The notes: a model not told the origin generated them from the letters alone. A stretch of 61,384 bases of DNA, filler included, from Sphacelaria rigidula (GCA_964200075.2; 11 parts of 11 records of this genome joined end to end with filler, not necessarily neighbours in it); one strand, 5' to 3'. Numbered from the whole stretch's first letter, positions 25,401 through 39,128 are shown. A program made the numbers and translations.

Positions 25401-25890
25401 AGGGGTTCGAGCGACGAGTTAGTAGCGTATGTGGATGCTGACTGCGCAAAATTCGACGATCGGCGTTCAGAGTCGGAAGGGGCAATATTTTTTCGTGGGG
25501 CTGTGGTTGGATTTTTCTCTCGGACTCAGCGGAATGTAACATTGTCATCGACTCAAGCTGAGTATGTAGCGATGGGGGATGTGGTGAAGGATGCTCTTTT
25601 TGTGAAGGTGGTACTGAAATTCATGCAACCGCAGAGGAAGGAGTTTTGCGTTCTGGTAACAGTATGCGAGGACAACCAGGGAGCGATTCAGCTCGCTAAT
25701 AATCCGCGAAGTTCCCACAACGGTAAGCATATAGATATACGTCATCACTTTTTGACAGAGTTGGTGTGTGAGCAGGTCATCCGAGCGGAGTATGTCCCGA
25801 CAGCTCGACAACATGCTGATGTGTTGACGAAACCGTGACCTGAGCATAGTTTCCGGTACCACGGGAATGTTTTGATGAACATCAAGTAAC
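22500..25890 (+). mobile_element. Ty1/copia pol remnant: protease, integrase, RT, RNase H; decayed
   Basis: WIADSGASCHM (~22596), HQSHGHLN..CKGC, RSDGDGDF, PEYNGVADR, KAIDSKWVF, VHVDDI, TRPDIA, YVDAD, EDNQGAI, KHIDIRHHF, ADVLTK. Copia domain order with stops and frameshifts. Confidence 0.95.
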
Positions 25891-26596
25891 TTAGGCAACT
25901 GTGTCGACTGAGATATTAGTCTCGGACCTTGTGTGGGTTATATGTCAAGCTATGAACGGTTTGATTGAGATGCCGCCGCGAGGTTGGCTTACTTGTGGCC
26001 GGTGCAGATGTACGGTGGTCGCTAGCATTATTTCGAACCTCAGATTAAGGGAAGATCCAAGCCGGGATTTTACGATTGGGACCTACGTTACAGACTGCGA
26101 AGATGTCAACAGCCCCATGCGATAACGAACCCGAACTACTGTGACCCACGACGTGGTATGTTTTTTCTCGACATGAAAAGGCGAGACATCATACGCAAGT
26201 CATCAACCGGCGCATTCAGCCTTGATACTCTTTCGTCTCGGGCTCGTGAACCCTATTTTAGGGGCATCTGCTGACACTGTATGTCAGTAGAGTTTACCGG
26301 CGTTGGACTACGTTTGAGAGTGGTTGATATTTCTCGATTTGAGTGTGAACAACAAGAAGCAGGATTTTAGTGGGGCTGACAGTCCCGTGTGCTCCTCGCG
26401 TGCGTACAGAACGCGTTTTGCGTTGAAATGGGCGTCTGTGGCGCCGATCCGGGGTCTACCGAGGCCGCCCTTTGCCGAGGGAATGTATGTTCCGCCCTTG
26501 CCCGAGGGTTCTCGGTATGCGTTGGGTTGGGGTTAGGGGTAGCGATACTTTTTCAATGGTTTCAACCATTCTAAAACGTAGCCTAACGACGGTTAA

Positions 26597-26697
26597 CCCT
26601 TAGACCGCGGTGCGGGTAATCCGTCTGGATCACGCATACTTTTTCAAGTAAAAGTTGATGCCGATTCCGTAGGTAATCTACCCTCGCGGTCGAAGGG
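26597..26697. mobile_element. piggyBac-type MITE copy (opposite orientation to the 13903 copy; right TTAA lost)
   Basis: ttaa-cccttagaccgcg ... ctcgcggtcgaaggg. The internal sequence is reverse-complement similar to 13903-14004. Confidence 0.75.
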
Positions 26698-27324
26698 AGG
26701 GGACCTAAAGAAATGTTTGTAGATAATGCTTGATGGGGAACATCATGGAATGTTACAAACTAATACTAACACAAACCTTAACTCCGACCCAAGACGCACG
26801 AGACCCTCGGGCGAGGAGGGTGCATAGATTCCCCTGGGCAAGCTGTGCGTTGGCAGACTTCAAATCGTCGTGGCAGGCGCCGATTTCGACAAAAACACGT
26901 TCTGGACGAGCTGGGTCCACTGCTCACCTGCCTCACACCACCTTTTTTTCAGAACTGTATCAGGCCTAAAATCGAGTTGTCATCCCTGTCAACCGTTGTG
27001 TACGAACCTTCATTTCGGTCTACTGCTCTAAGGGTCAACTAGCCTCTTATTATGCTACAAGCCAACGTGTCGTGTAATAATTTGAAAGGTGCATGTGACC
27101 GCCGTTCGAGTAAATTGGTCGCTCTCAATCATATCTTTAACTCTCAATCTCACGAAAACATCGTTGCTTGTCCGATCGGGTATCTTCAAATGTCACACCT
27201 ACGATACCTACGATACCTATACGATACCACGGTCAACCGGGTATTTTCGAAATTCATACCTACGATACCACGGTTTTCGAGATGTCAATGCCTGCCGTAC
27301 CCGCTCAATCAGGTATTTTCCAGG

Positions 27325-27630
27325 GGTCTACACGTTACACGTGCCACAGCGTTACACGTTACGTTCACGTTACGTTTTGGCCGAAACGTTACGTGAACGT
27401 TAAATATTTTTTACGTGATGAACGTAACGTGAACGTAACATTAATTTTTTAACGTGACATACGTAACTTAACGTCAACGTTTAATTGACCAAACGTTCAA
27501 ATCACGTATAATGAAACGTTTCATGTAACGTGTGACGTCTATTACACGTTACATGTGCATTAGATACACGTTACACGTAACGTTATATGTGACGTTACAC
27601 GTTACATGAAACGTCATGAACACGTCACAT
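27325..27630. repeat. Degenerate ACGT/GTTAC-rich repeat tract
   Basis: Dense cacgttac, gtaacgt and gaacgt motifs in both orientations. Confidence 0.75.
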
Positions 27631-28184
27631 GCAGTGGTGAAACTTCAAGGTTTCCAATGAATTCAAAAATCCTGGAAGATGGTGCTTCAATTAACACGAG
27701 TGAGTTTGAATGGCCATGGTATATAGATATGGTACTATTGTAAAAATTTCGCGCTCTCCCCACCACACGTCACATTCATAACATCATAATCATCTCGACC
27801 ACATTCAAGGCTACTTCGTATGTATAAAAAACACGTTGTCAGAAAAGCCGNNNNNNNNNNNNNNNNNNNNNNNNNNNNNNNNNNNNNNNNNNNNTTAATT
27901 AATTAANNNNNNNNNNNNNNNNNNNNNNNNNNNNNNNNNNNNNNNNNNNNACCGAAAGGTGTAGACTGGCGCCCAGAATAAACGGGACAACACACACACA
28001 CAGCAGAGCTGGGACCGCCCTGAAAATTGGAGGTTCGGTAATTATTGATGGTCCGAAGATGAAAAAAATGAGTTACTGACAATATCACAATCGTTTCTCT
28101 GCTTTTGACCACCTTCCGGGGGTTACCTTGTGAAGACCCCTGGAAGCCGGTAAAGAATGCCCAAAAAGTTCTTCATGCATATGT

Positions 28185-28584
28185 CAGAGCTCGGAAATGG
28201 GAACAGTTATAGCTCACCATTATCGTTACGATGGTAATAATGGTCATGGTTACATGAAATTTTGGATAATGGTTTGAAACCATCATTTACCGTTACCGGC
28301 TTCGTAAGCCGTTACCGGCTACGCATGCTACACATATACCTTGAAAGTTGGCCTGAATTTCACGTATTTTTCCAGCTCTAGTGAAGCCAAATCGCGTAAA
28401 AACGTGCCTCCGGCACGACGTCTACAGCGGCCCCCCCTCTGCCGGGTGGGTGGGGGGAGTCTTTTTGGCTCGCGGCTGCGCCGCTCGATGACCGAACCAT
28501 CGTGTGCCATGTAACTGGTTAGTGAGTGCGCTACGCGTAACCATTCGACTGGTTAATGGTTAGACAAACCATTTCCGAGCTTTA
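28185..28584. mobile_element. hAT-like MITE
   Basis: TIR cagagctcggaaatgg / ccatttccgagcttta. 8-bp flanks gcatatgt and gtatatat match 6/8. A homologous copy lies at 46469-46884. Confidence 0.8.
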
Positions 28585-30195
28585 GTATATATATGCGTCC
28601 CGGCATCGTCCCAAGGTATATTTTTTCGAAGTGTCGTTGCGTGACTAAAAAATAACGTACTGGGGTCCGAAAAAATCGTTCCAAATACCAAAACGAAGTA
28701 GTTGGGAGCTTGTACAACACCTTCCAAGTCCAGTTGGGGCCGCTTCTTTCTTCTTTGGGTCTGAGAGAAGTTACTGAAAAGGGGTCGTTTTGGTCAGTTT
28801 CCAGGACTTTTTCCAAAACGCGATCTTACAGGGCCATTTTTCATGAAAAATATCTCTGGAAACTGCGAGCCTTTTCCAGACAGCAAGATTTGGAAAAATC
28901 TAGCTGAAAAAAGCCGCCGGTTCTCAGTGAAATCGAACTGTCTGAAAAGGGACGTTCCATCACACACTCCTCGTACACCCCACCCGCAATGATACGGTCA
29001 GTGCTACATCACACACTCCTCGCATACAAGTGTAGCATAGTCGGTGCAAAAGTAGCTATGCATTTTGTATATACAGTAGCGTAGAAGCAGCATAGCTGCT
29101 GCAGCACGCTGTGCATCCTCTGCATGACCGTAGGACCAGGGAGAGACAGCACAACACCATGTCGCCCCTGCTGGCTGTATTGACTGCTCATATTGTTTCA
29201 TACTCGTCCTGCCCGCCATCGATTGTGGACTCTGTAGTATTTTGTGTACTGAGAAAATTCGTTCGTCCGAAATTTGTTCAGTGACTTTTTCCAGTCCTTG
29301 AGAAGCGGCCAGACGCCGATTCTTGGTGTTTTTGAATTTCTCAAAACTGAAAAATTGCGTACAAATACTACGGGGCATTTCTCAACTTTTGAACGAATGC
29401 GTTTTATTTTTATTTTTTTACGGTTTTCGGAGGTCCAGGAACGACATGTCATTCCCCAGGACCCTGGGGCCCTCGATATCCGGCGAAACCCCCCCGGAAA
29501 ACCCGATTGCTACTTGAAAGTTTCGAACATGTCCCATCGTGTATTGTATATGTCCAAATTGTCTAAAAAGAAGCAACAATCAGCGCGAACATCTGCGCAT
29601 GAGAGAATTTCGGGTCGAAAGCGTGAACCAGCCTCTACGGCACCCTTCTTGCGCCTCCCATTTCCGAGGGCCCTCCGCCTGCCATGGGCTGGGGTTTGAA
29701 TTTGGGATTCGAGTAGCTTCAGAGCTTGAAGAAAACAAAGTATGGTCGGCCATGAACCATGGATTCCTGTGGCGGGGATCGCATGGACTCCCGTCCACAA
29801 TTCAGTTCAAGATTTGATGGAACAGAAGATTTTTTTGTCGTGGACTTTTGTCGTAATAATGACAACAAAACTATTGTCACAACACAGTTTTACCAATTGG
29901 CCGGAAATAAAGGTTGATACATGATTTTCAGAATGGACACCGATATCAGGATCTCCAGCGGGGGCTGACAGTCTCACGCTCAGCCACCACGTTTTCTTGT
30001 CAAAATCGGCGCCGATTTGAGGTCCGTCGGTCACACTTTGCCTAGAGCATCCTCTGCGCCCCCCCCCCACCCCCCATGCCCGAGCAATGGTCTTATGCCT
30101 TGCTAGGGGTCAGGGTTTGGGTTAGAGTTGGCGGCACCTTAGATATAGTACCCACCGTAGTTTCCGACCATTTGGTAAACAGCCCTCAACTGTCA

Positions 30196-30405
30196 TGTGT
30201 GGTCGTCCCATCTATTCTGGACGCCGGTCTACACCTTTCAGTATACGTGGGCGCACCAGCGGGGGTCACACCGGAGGAAGGCCAGAACAGGATTTTTTTT
30301 TCTTGTTTTTGGTACTTCACCTTCCTTCTGCGGTGTTTGCCTTATGTTTTTGTCGCAAGAGGGGTTCAGCAGTCTGTTTTCCTCGTCGACTGTGAAGTCG
30401 AACGT
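30196..30405 (-). mobile_element. 3' part of the (CA)n-tailed SINE
   Basis: Reverse-complement match to 36585-36795. Another tail copy lies at 27951-28000. Confidence 0.75.
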
Positions 30406-32680
30406 CACTTTGGGCGGCTATTCTTCGGCAGACGGAGCCAACCTAGTCCCGTGTCCGTTGGTTCGGTCTTTTAACCCGTAACCGTTGAGACAGCGATAAA
30501 CAATGTTTTCGTGAGATTGAGAGTAGAGGATACGAGTGAGAGTGAAAAGCGGTCAAGTAGTTAATGGAACGCTTCAGCTCCGAAATGCCCTTCCACGAGG
30601 CTCGATATGCTCGCCACTGAGGCCCTTGATGTCCCTGAGAAGGATTAGGATATCGACGTGTAGCTGTAAGCACACGCCAGTGATGGAGGCAAAGAAAAGC
30701 TCACGGAATGAAAAAATAGCGAAGTTGAGGCGGACGACCAAATCCACTCTCAATCAGCGCTCTACTCTTGTTGATAGTCGGTCATCTGTTGCATCGGCAT
30801 CAGTTTCACGTGAAAAAAAAATGCATGGTCATCCAGATCGAATGACCTCGCGGTCTAATTTCGGGGAACCCGGCGCTGACTTTTGATTTCGTGAATAGGC
30901 ATCGCTTTTGCTTGAAAAATGAGTGAAAATGATGCCGATTCACGAAAACAAAGATCAGAATTGAGATCTAAAAGGGTTACGAGTAGTGCCAATCATGCGG
31001 ACTAGCACTGCCGACTTGATTTATGGGGGCAATAGCTGCGTTTCTTTGTGTATCTGCCGATCATTTAGCAGCCTTGCTCCTCGCTGTGGAATGCGTGGGC
31101 AGGATTCGGCCATGAGAGCGCGCGGTTGATCCCCCTGACCGCGAGGGCATGTCAACTGGGTCATACATCATTTTTTAAAGGTGAAATTGATGCCTATTCA
31201 CATATGCCCTATGCTGGCGATCCAAGAGCAACGATGGACCACCACCATAACTCACAGCTTTATCCTTCTGACCCCCTACACAACACGCACAAATTATACA
31301 TGTGTTTGGGCGAAGAGATCGTGGCGTAAATTCGTCTCATGCTCACCCCCTACTGCCACTCGATACGGCACCTTTGAAGTGAAGCACGGTGCAAATCCAG
31401 AATGTCGGCGGCGCTGATGGTCGCCAAACACCATCACGCTAAACCGCTCAGGTCCTGTGCTCACAGCCCATATCCTACCGCGAGATACTGTACTGTCCGC
31501 CCTGTACAACTAGCTGTCCGAGACGTCACACAGTACAGTCCTATATGTACCGTTACCTTTCACGTGTGTTGCGTCGCTTGTGAAAGCCTCTGTGTTGTAC
31601 AAAGCACAGGAGTGTTTCCATCCAGGCACCGGTTCCATGTGCCATTACTTCCTCTGTCTGATCTTCCGTAATTTGTCCTGGGGTTATGAACTCGTGCTTT
31701 TACCGCCGAGAGAGTGGATCATCCGGGTCCTGCGTTCATTTATCCAGGTGAGAATGGTGCCTATAATAGAACAATGCGTTGAATCAACCTCATTTTTCGT
31801 ATAAAACATGCGCATGAAAGAAACGAAGACAGGGGGAGGGTCCAAAACAGCCCGTCCTTCCTGACCTTGTGTGACAACCATCCGCGACAATCCTTCCGCG
31901 CCACAACCAGTATGGTGCTTGGTGCTTAACCACTTGGTCAATTAGAACCTTCGCGGAATTTTATTACTTGATTTGTGTGTAAACACCGATACTCGGATCT
32001 TTAGCGGGGCTGACAGTCCCGACTGCCCCTCGCGTGCGCAGATTGCGATCTAGTCGACATCGGCGCATGCAGCGTCGTTTTGAGATCTTCCGACGCCACA
32101 CTTTGCCGACGGAACGCCCTACACCCACCTCGTCCGAGGGTTCTCGGTATGGCTTGGGTTGGGGGTTGGGTTAGGGTTAGCGTTATTAATATATATATAA
32201 TATATATACGCTTCCGAGAAATGTTGTCATCGACCAAGTGATAAAATACACCTCGCCACAAACCCCAGGTCCGTCTCCGTTCGTCTCTTGCGTACAGAAC
32301 ATCCGTGTATGCAGATCGATATCCATCTAGTACTGTCACACCTGCATGCCTGAACAGAGCTACTTCTCGCTGCTCACCGTACCAAACCGGCGCAGCAGCA
32401 GGCGCCGACATGAGATCTGCCAACTGTCAACGCATGCACGAAAAAGATTTGGGTTTGTTTTTCACGCACCACTACTGACTGTAGATTGTCGATGAAATCC
32501 ACTATACTATTTGATTAGGATGAAGCCTGTAAAGCAGGAAGATCCGTATAATAGTCGTGGAGGTATTTCGGTCTCGTAGTCCCGAGTGTCTACCACAGTA
32601 CATTCCTGTTAAATGTACCGCGAATGTCGACTTCAAGACACTTCTTCTAAAGGAAAATGCGCCCGAGGCCGTGTCTTCGA

Positions 32681-33109
32681 CCAACTCTAATGAGAGCCGT
32701 TCAAAATTCCTGTTGAAAACTGCCTTTTGGACCCTTCTCCGTCAATTTACGCCCCAAAAGAAGGCTAGGAGGATGTTGACGCCTTGGTATGACCTTTCCA
32801 GGGCAACTTTGCATTTCCGGCTGGCTGCAGTTTCGTTTTTGGGCAAAGCAGGCCGAACACGGATTTTCAGCGACAAACGGCAGGTGATAAAAAATTCGCC
32901 CTGTTTCTTTATTGTTTTTCCGAGTTTGGCCAAAACGAAAAGTGTGGCCAACGGGAAATGCAAAGTTGCTCTGGAACGGTGTCAATAAGTAGAGCAAGTT
33001 ATTCCAAGGCGTCAACATCCGCCTAGCCCTCTGTTTAGGCTTAGAACGACGGAGTGGGCCAAAAATGCAGTTCTAAAGAGGAATTTTGAATGGCTCCCAT
33101 CAGAGTCGG
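32681..33109. mobile_element. Long-TIR (foldback/Mutator-like) MITE
   Basis: About 115-bp imperfect inverted repeats, including gagccRttcaaaattcct and ggctaggMggatgttgacgccttgg. Confidence 0.75.
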
Positions 33110-33305
33110 ACCTGACTCTAATGTAAGCCGTTATAAATTCCTCTCTAGAACCAAGGGACCCCACATCGGGAAATCACGGCACCAGGGCCCTCGTTGTCGC
33201 CAAAACCTCATTATGAGGCAGGCGGAGGGGGGGTACCCCAATGTTGATAGGGGGTACCCCCCTGATCGTTGGATGATGGCGATAGTACTTGCTGTACTGA
33301 GATAT

Positions 33306-33356
33306 TAAAAATAATAAAAAAATAAAAATAAAAATAAAAATAAAAATAAAAATAAA

Positions 33357-33419
<63 letters not shown>

Positions 33420-33439
33420 CATAATAATAATAACAATCA
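33306..33439. repeat. Compound microsatellite (AAAAAT)n-(AAT)n
   Basis: Directly visible; runs to the contig end. Confidence 0.95.
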
Positions 33440-33539
33440 NNNNNNNNNNNNNNNNNNNNNNNNNNNNNNNNNNNNNNNNNNNNTTAATTAATTAANNNNN
33501 NNNNNNNNNNNNNNNNNNNNNNNNNNNNNNNNNNNNNNN

Positions 33540-33999
33540 CCTTCTGATGGTTGAGTAGTGGGGTTAAACTCCCGGGGCTATCTGTTATTTTTTCCGACAC
33601 CATGCCCAACAGGTGAGAGCGACTATGTCGTGGGTACACAAAATTCGACTAAAAATCGTACTATGTAGTGTTCATGTGGTGAGACACCCATGAGGCAGTG
33701 TGTAAAAGTCGTGGCTGTCTCTGGAAGTGGCGATACCACGAAATGAGGCAACCCATTGGAGGCTGTCATGCAAATGCAAGATAATCAGTAGGCTTTGGGC
33801 CGAACAATATCAGCAGGATGCAGCCCGCCCTTCATGGGACTCGCCGAACACACCAAGGCGTTTCGCGCTTGGTGATTGGGTGTGAGCCTGGTCCGGCGGA
33901 AACCCGGCGTGTTCCGTCCCAGCTTTGTAGGGATGCGAGGTCAATGGTGTTATCAATATGGCATGCATGACCATGAGTACACCCCCCCCTCCGCCCCCC
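33540..33999 (+). mobile_element. SINE with partial tRNA-like head, shared core and LINE-type poly(C) tail
   Basis: 33540-33650 matches head and core 36483-36590. 33930-33999 matches the LINE 3' end (gggatgcgaggtcaatgg...gagtacacccccccc). Confidence 0.65.
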
Positions 34000-34561
34000 T
34001 TTCGCCCGTCTGGTACTCCCTTTTGTCCATTTCAGTGGAATCTCAGTGCCTCTGATAGCCCATTTCCCGGCGAGTTGGGCGATCGTCGTGGCAGTTGTCG
34101 TTAGGCTGTGTTTGAATTTCCGCTGTCCCTTAAAAACTGAACAGGATGGTGACATCTTCACTGGCGGCGCAGGTCATCCTCACCAGTGCACGGTAGTGCG
34201 CGTCTGCAAAATCATATATATTGGGTAACAGCGCTGTAAGAGCGCAGTGCATCCCGTCGGTGGGGTATCCATCCGTTTGACACTTGAATGGCAGCGCCTA
34301 GAGCACCACGCGCTATGCATGCTGGTAATTGGCGCCTGACACTCCGAACACAAGATTCATGATACAAAATCGGGATTTCGCACACAAACAACGACAACCA
34401 AGCATCCTCCTATTCGAGACTCACTCTATCCCTTTTCCTGTGGACAAATTCTGAAAGGTTGTGCCCACTTTCATTCATTTCCTCTGCCCTCTACTCTAAA
34501 ATACGGTCCTGTGTGTCTTTCTACTGTGACGCACCTCAAATAATGACTGGTTGGCTTTAAG

Positions 34562-35185
34562 AGGCCAGCGGGCGATGGTGGACAAGGGATGACGGCCTAC
34601 CGTGAAGTTAGTTCATCCGCGGAGATTGCAAGGGAGCTCAAAGTAGCGGGGTTCGTGATCGATCCGGAGGGCAGCACTCCAAGTGCATTTTCGCTGGACG
34701 AGAGGTCTCTGGATACCGCGGGGTTTGAAGCTTTTGCATCCTTCCGCACGAACCGTATCAAGTACAGGTGAGGTAACAGCTATCGCTACTAAGCCTAAAA
34801 CAGGGTTATAGACGCACGTCGGACATACGCCACTCCTAGGCACATTCCTCGAGACGACAGAAGTATTTTGCAGAGATATTCTGGTAGTGATGGCACTGCT
34901 AGAAATGCTTTTTGTCCCCATGGCCATGTGCGTTGATGATTTTAGCCCCACTTGGGCAACCGCGAGTCTATATCCACGCTTCCTCTGAAACATTATGTTT
35001 GCCGAACTAGGTTAGCGGGGTTCGCGATCGACATCGATCAGGCGTCCTTCGGCCATCAGGTGGTCGAAATTGAGGCAATGTCAGGCCCAGAAGCTGCGGA
35101 GATTACCGAGGCCGGAGAGGGTGTGGCAGCATTGGCACAGGCGCTTGGTGTTTCCAAAAGAGGAGAATCAGGCGATCCAGTCAAG
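34562..35185 (+). CDS. CYTH-family thiamine triphosphatase-like protein, internal exons 34562-34767 and 35011-35185
   Basis: In-phase GT-AG splice gives TAYREV..EIARELK..GFEAFASFRTNRIKYR/LAGFAIDIDQASFGHQVVEIEAM..LAQALGV. This matches the THTPA pattern EYKEL..ASFVTKR..VDLDTADFGYAVGEVEA. First and last exons were not identified. Confidence 0.8.
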
Positions 35186-36447
35186 GTATGCCTAGGCGAT
35201 AGCTCCCCATGGGGTCGTGCTTGTGTGAGATCAATCTCTGTAGAGAACGCCACTTCACGATACACACTTCATGATTGGGTCCTGTCCAAGATTGAAAACA
35301 TATTTGGAAATGCCGATATTTTTTTCACCTCGGAACAACGATCAAGGGCGACGACCCCCAAAGTAAATCACATAATTTTAGGACTGACATCTCGTACTCA
35401 TCTCGAGATATGAGGCATTGTGGAGAACAACAAAAGTGTTTGTATGACCTCACTCGAACAGCTCTGTACACCTTGAGATGGCGGGGGGTGGTGGTTGTGT
35501 AGTACAGAGAGATTGGTCGCCCTACGTGAAGATCTGCTTGGTTACGGCTGGAATCGACGTATAATGTCACGACGCAGGATCCATGAGTTTGGCGGCCTGG
35601 CCAGGGTACTTAGCATTCAATCTCCGGACACAGGGAGGAACACCTCGATTGAGTGTTCTGCACGATCTCCCATAGAGACACAGGCAAAATCGCAGAAATA
35701 ACGAGGGGAATGCATGCGCAGAATGTTGAGCTAGGAAGATAGCGCAACCAATAGTTGCGTCGCGTCTACCAATTGTTGTACAAAGCCTGTAGGAACACGA
35801 ATAAGAGGTGTGCGCCACTCTAGACGATTCTCGTAGAAGATCCGACATCTCTCCCTTCGATGTCAAAGCGAACGGCTCAAGTATGTGCGCGTCCGCAATA
35901 AATTGAGCAAGTGGGATCCTCAATTCCTACTCTCGGCACCACAGCGTCGCCGAATCCCCGCGACATGAGCAGTCGATCGAATAAAATACCGGAACTATGT
36001 AGCTTTTGGACTTCGCAATTTCTTGGACGCTCGTTGACTTATTTCGAAGTGCACGATGACGACATTTTGATTTGCTTACTGGGATGTGGTGTTTTCCCTG
36101 GTTTTTCAAGGGCCTGACGAATAATGATTTCTCTGACAGTCACTTGTTTTCGGTGTGATCGATCCGTACCGTACATATGTGCGAATAAATCCTTGGGCTC
36201 TGTGTTCGGCATTGCACTTCACGTACGCGCACCATAGGCACGTGGGCCTGCGCCAAACTTGCGTAGAGACGTTCTTGACCCGCGGTCGACTATTTCTCCT
36301 CTCCTTCGAGTCATCAGGCCTCAGGAGTCGTAGATTTGATGATTCGAACCAGCGATGATTCGTCTCCGATCCTTGTGCAGTTTTCATCACCTCTGATACA
36401 CAGGGTCCTGATACACCGGGGTGTAATCCTGTGCAGGTCACTCCCCT

Positions 36448-36817
36448 ACCCGCCCCGGTGGCTCATTTGGTAACCTCAAAACCTTCTGACGGTTGCGTCG
36501 TGGGGTCAATTCCCGGAGCGATCTGGGATCATTCTCACACCATGCCCAACAGTGGAGAGCAACTATGTCGTGGATACACAAAATTCGACTCAACACGTCA
36601 CCAGGGAAAGGGACTGCTGAATCCCTTTCGCGATAAAAAATACTGGCAAGCACTGCAGAAGGAAGGTGGGGTATCAAAACAATAAGAAACAAAAAGCCCC
36701 TGTGTTGACCTTCCTCCTGTGTGACCCCGGCTGGTGCGCCCACATATACCGAAAGGTGTAGACCGGCTTCCAGAATAGATGGGACGACAACACACACACA
36801 CAAAAACACACACAACA
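36448..36817 (+). mobile_element. Near full-length tRNA-derived SINE with (CA)n tail
   Basis: Head gccccggTGGCTCATTTGG (A-box) ... GGGTCAATTCC (degenerate B-box). Body repeated on other contigs. CA-rich tail, with caggtcac on both flanks as a probable TSD. Confidence 0.75.
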
Positions 36818-39128
36818 CAGGTCACGATCTTGACGTTCCGTGTTTTCGGCCCCATAGACCACAATCGCGAGGATCTTTTCCTGACCAAGAGCTTGCTAAC
36901 TGTGTGGTCCCCAACGAGACTCACGACCTCGAGGACTATCAATTTGTGTGCCCCACACTACACCCCTGAACCCAGACTCGACAACTAGAGCGCCGGCACA
37001 GCCCCCCTCGGTAGCCAGTCTCTTCCGTGGTAACGTGGTGTTCTCATTTGGCGTCAATTGTAGGACATGGTGTTCTAAATCCAAGGTGACGTTGTGAAAA
37101 CAAGAACCTGCGTGGGTTGCGGACACTCTTCGTCACTACACCATACTACCGCCGGCATATCGATATGTTGGTAATTTCTCAATGGCAGTCAGCAGATATA
37201 TTGGATAATGGCAATCATGACCGAAATATCGTGTGTTATAGTCGGTACGACGCACTACCGATATACCGGCGCCAGTCGGTGGTAAATGTCCCAGGTCAGA
37301 CATGCTAAGAGCCCCTGACGATAATTTTTCCATCTCATGGCAACCGCGGGACGCAGGACCGGACGGAAGTTATCCAGAGGTGGGCATTTGAATAAGCTAT
37401 CACGCAAGTTTAAAAAAATGAAATCAGAATCAAAACTCATTGTGAAGGTCTTTGTTGTTGTGTGGAAAGCAGCTGAGTACCTTCCCATCAGGAGAATTCA
37501 CTCAACGGTCGACTTTATGCGACATGGCACTTCTCAAGACTTCTCCTTGGCACGTTGGGCATCACAGCCCGGAAATAGAAGAGAAAGCGGACTTGATCCG
37601 GGGATAAATGTACCGTGTCCTGGATTCTGGGGACAGCAGTTGGACCAACTTTCTGTTTTCACCGCACCGTGCTGAACATGAACAATATTTCCTAGAATCG
37701 TGCTGTCAGAATTTTCTCCGTGCCATGGGTAGTCAGTATGTCATGTTTCAGGATGAAACCAGGCAATGTCAATACGTAGTGTGTAATTTTCTTCACAGAA
37801 AAAGGGGATTTTGCTTCTTCCGCTATATTCGAACACGATCATTTGTCGAGCCTAACGGTATCTGCAGCGCTGTTGCTGTGGTGATTGAGACAGGAAAACT
37901 TGATGAAGCCTCATTTGGGTGTACTCTTCAACATGTTGCCAAGCATTGTAAATAACACTCCGCACAACTCCAAACTATTCCAAAACGTTGTCGTCGTATA
38001 CCGTTCGTGGTCTGGTCATCAGCGAATAACGTATCTTGTTTCTGTTCTCTTTAATCCTAGGAGAGAGCGTAGTATGCTCACAGTTTTTGGGTTCAATCAA
38101 CACAAGTAGCGCCTTGTGTAAAGCCGAGATACCTAAAAGTGATGGCCTGGGTTACGCGCACCTTGTGATGTGCTAGTGATTATTATTATTACTAGATTAT
38201 TATCATCATGACTATGATGATGATGATGGTTATTATAAATATTTTTATTATTATTATTATTTTATTATTATTATACCCATCACATTAGCGCGATCTCTCG
38301 AACCCGTGGCTACAGAGTGCAAGGAGCATACCACCCATACCCAAAACTTGAACAGACCGCAGAGGAAGGCAAGGAACAAAACATCTACACGAAAAAGGGC
38401 ACCTACACCACGAAACATTCGTATAAAGACCGATTAAAGTACAGGAGACCTACTGGAATCTAAAAAATCCCCGCGTGTGACCTCTCCGACTACCTTGCCA
38501 CGTACTGGTGTATACACAGAGCAGTAACAGCGAGTAAGCCGGTGATCGAAACTGTCGCATATAACAGAGATCATTCCCAAGATTGATCTACTGTCTAGAG
38601 TGCTGTTCGAAGAGGTCCTCAACAGAGCCTGCGCGCCGGAGATTGAACAACGTCAGATAGGAAGATGAAAAAAAAAATAAAGACGAGCCGATGGTACGAG
38701 GAGGCAAAGCGAGGAACTATGATCTCCCTTGGGTTCTGGTCAAGTAGCATCGTCATAGAAACACACACCAGACAGGGCGTGTCTATCCTACATACGATAT
38801 GACGCTATCAGCACAAAGCAAAATCTATTCCGGGTGTCCTATATTCCACCATTCAAACATGGGATTCCATCTGTATGTGGTGTCCACAATAAACAACTGT
38901 ATCAAAAGAGAAGAAAAAAGTATTCCGCCCTCAACGAAATAAATGAGTATACCCCCCCCCCCCCCCCCCCACCCGCACGCCCCGCCGCCCCCCGCGGCCG
39001 CGCCACGCGGAGCTACCACACGGCCCACNNNNNNNNNNNNNNNNNNNNNNNNNNNNNNNNNNNNNNNNNNNNTTAATTAATTAANNNNNNNNNNNNNNNN
39101 NNNNNNNNNNNNNNNNNNNNNNNNNNNN

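Noticed and set aside
33174..33422. Poly-Ile/Phe ORF
   Set aside because: It is the translation of a microsatellite.
36448..36520. tRNA gene
   Set aside because: The B-box is degenerate, no complete cloverleaf forms, and it continues into a multi-copy SINE body.
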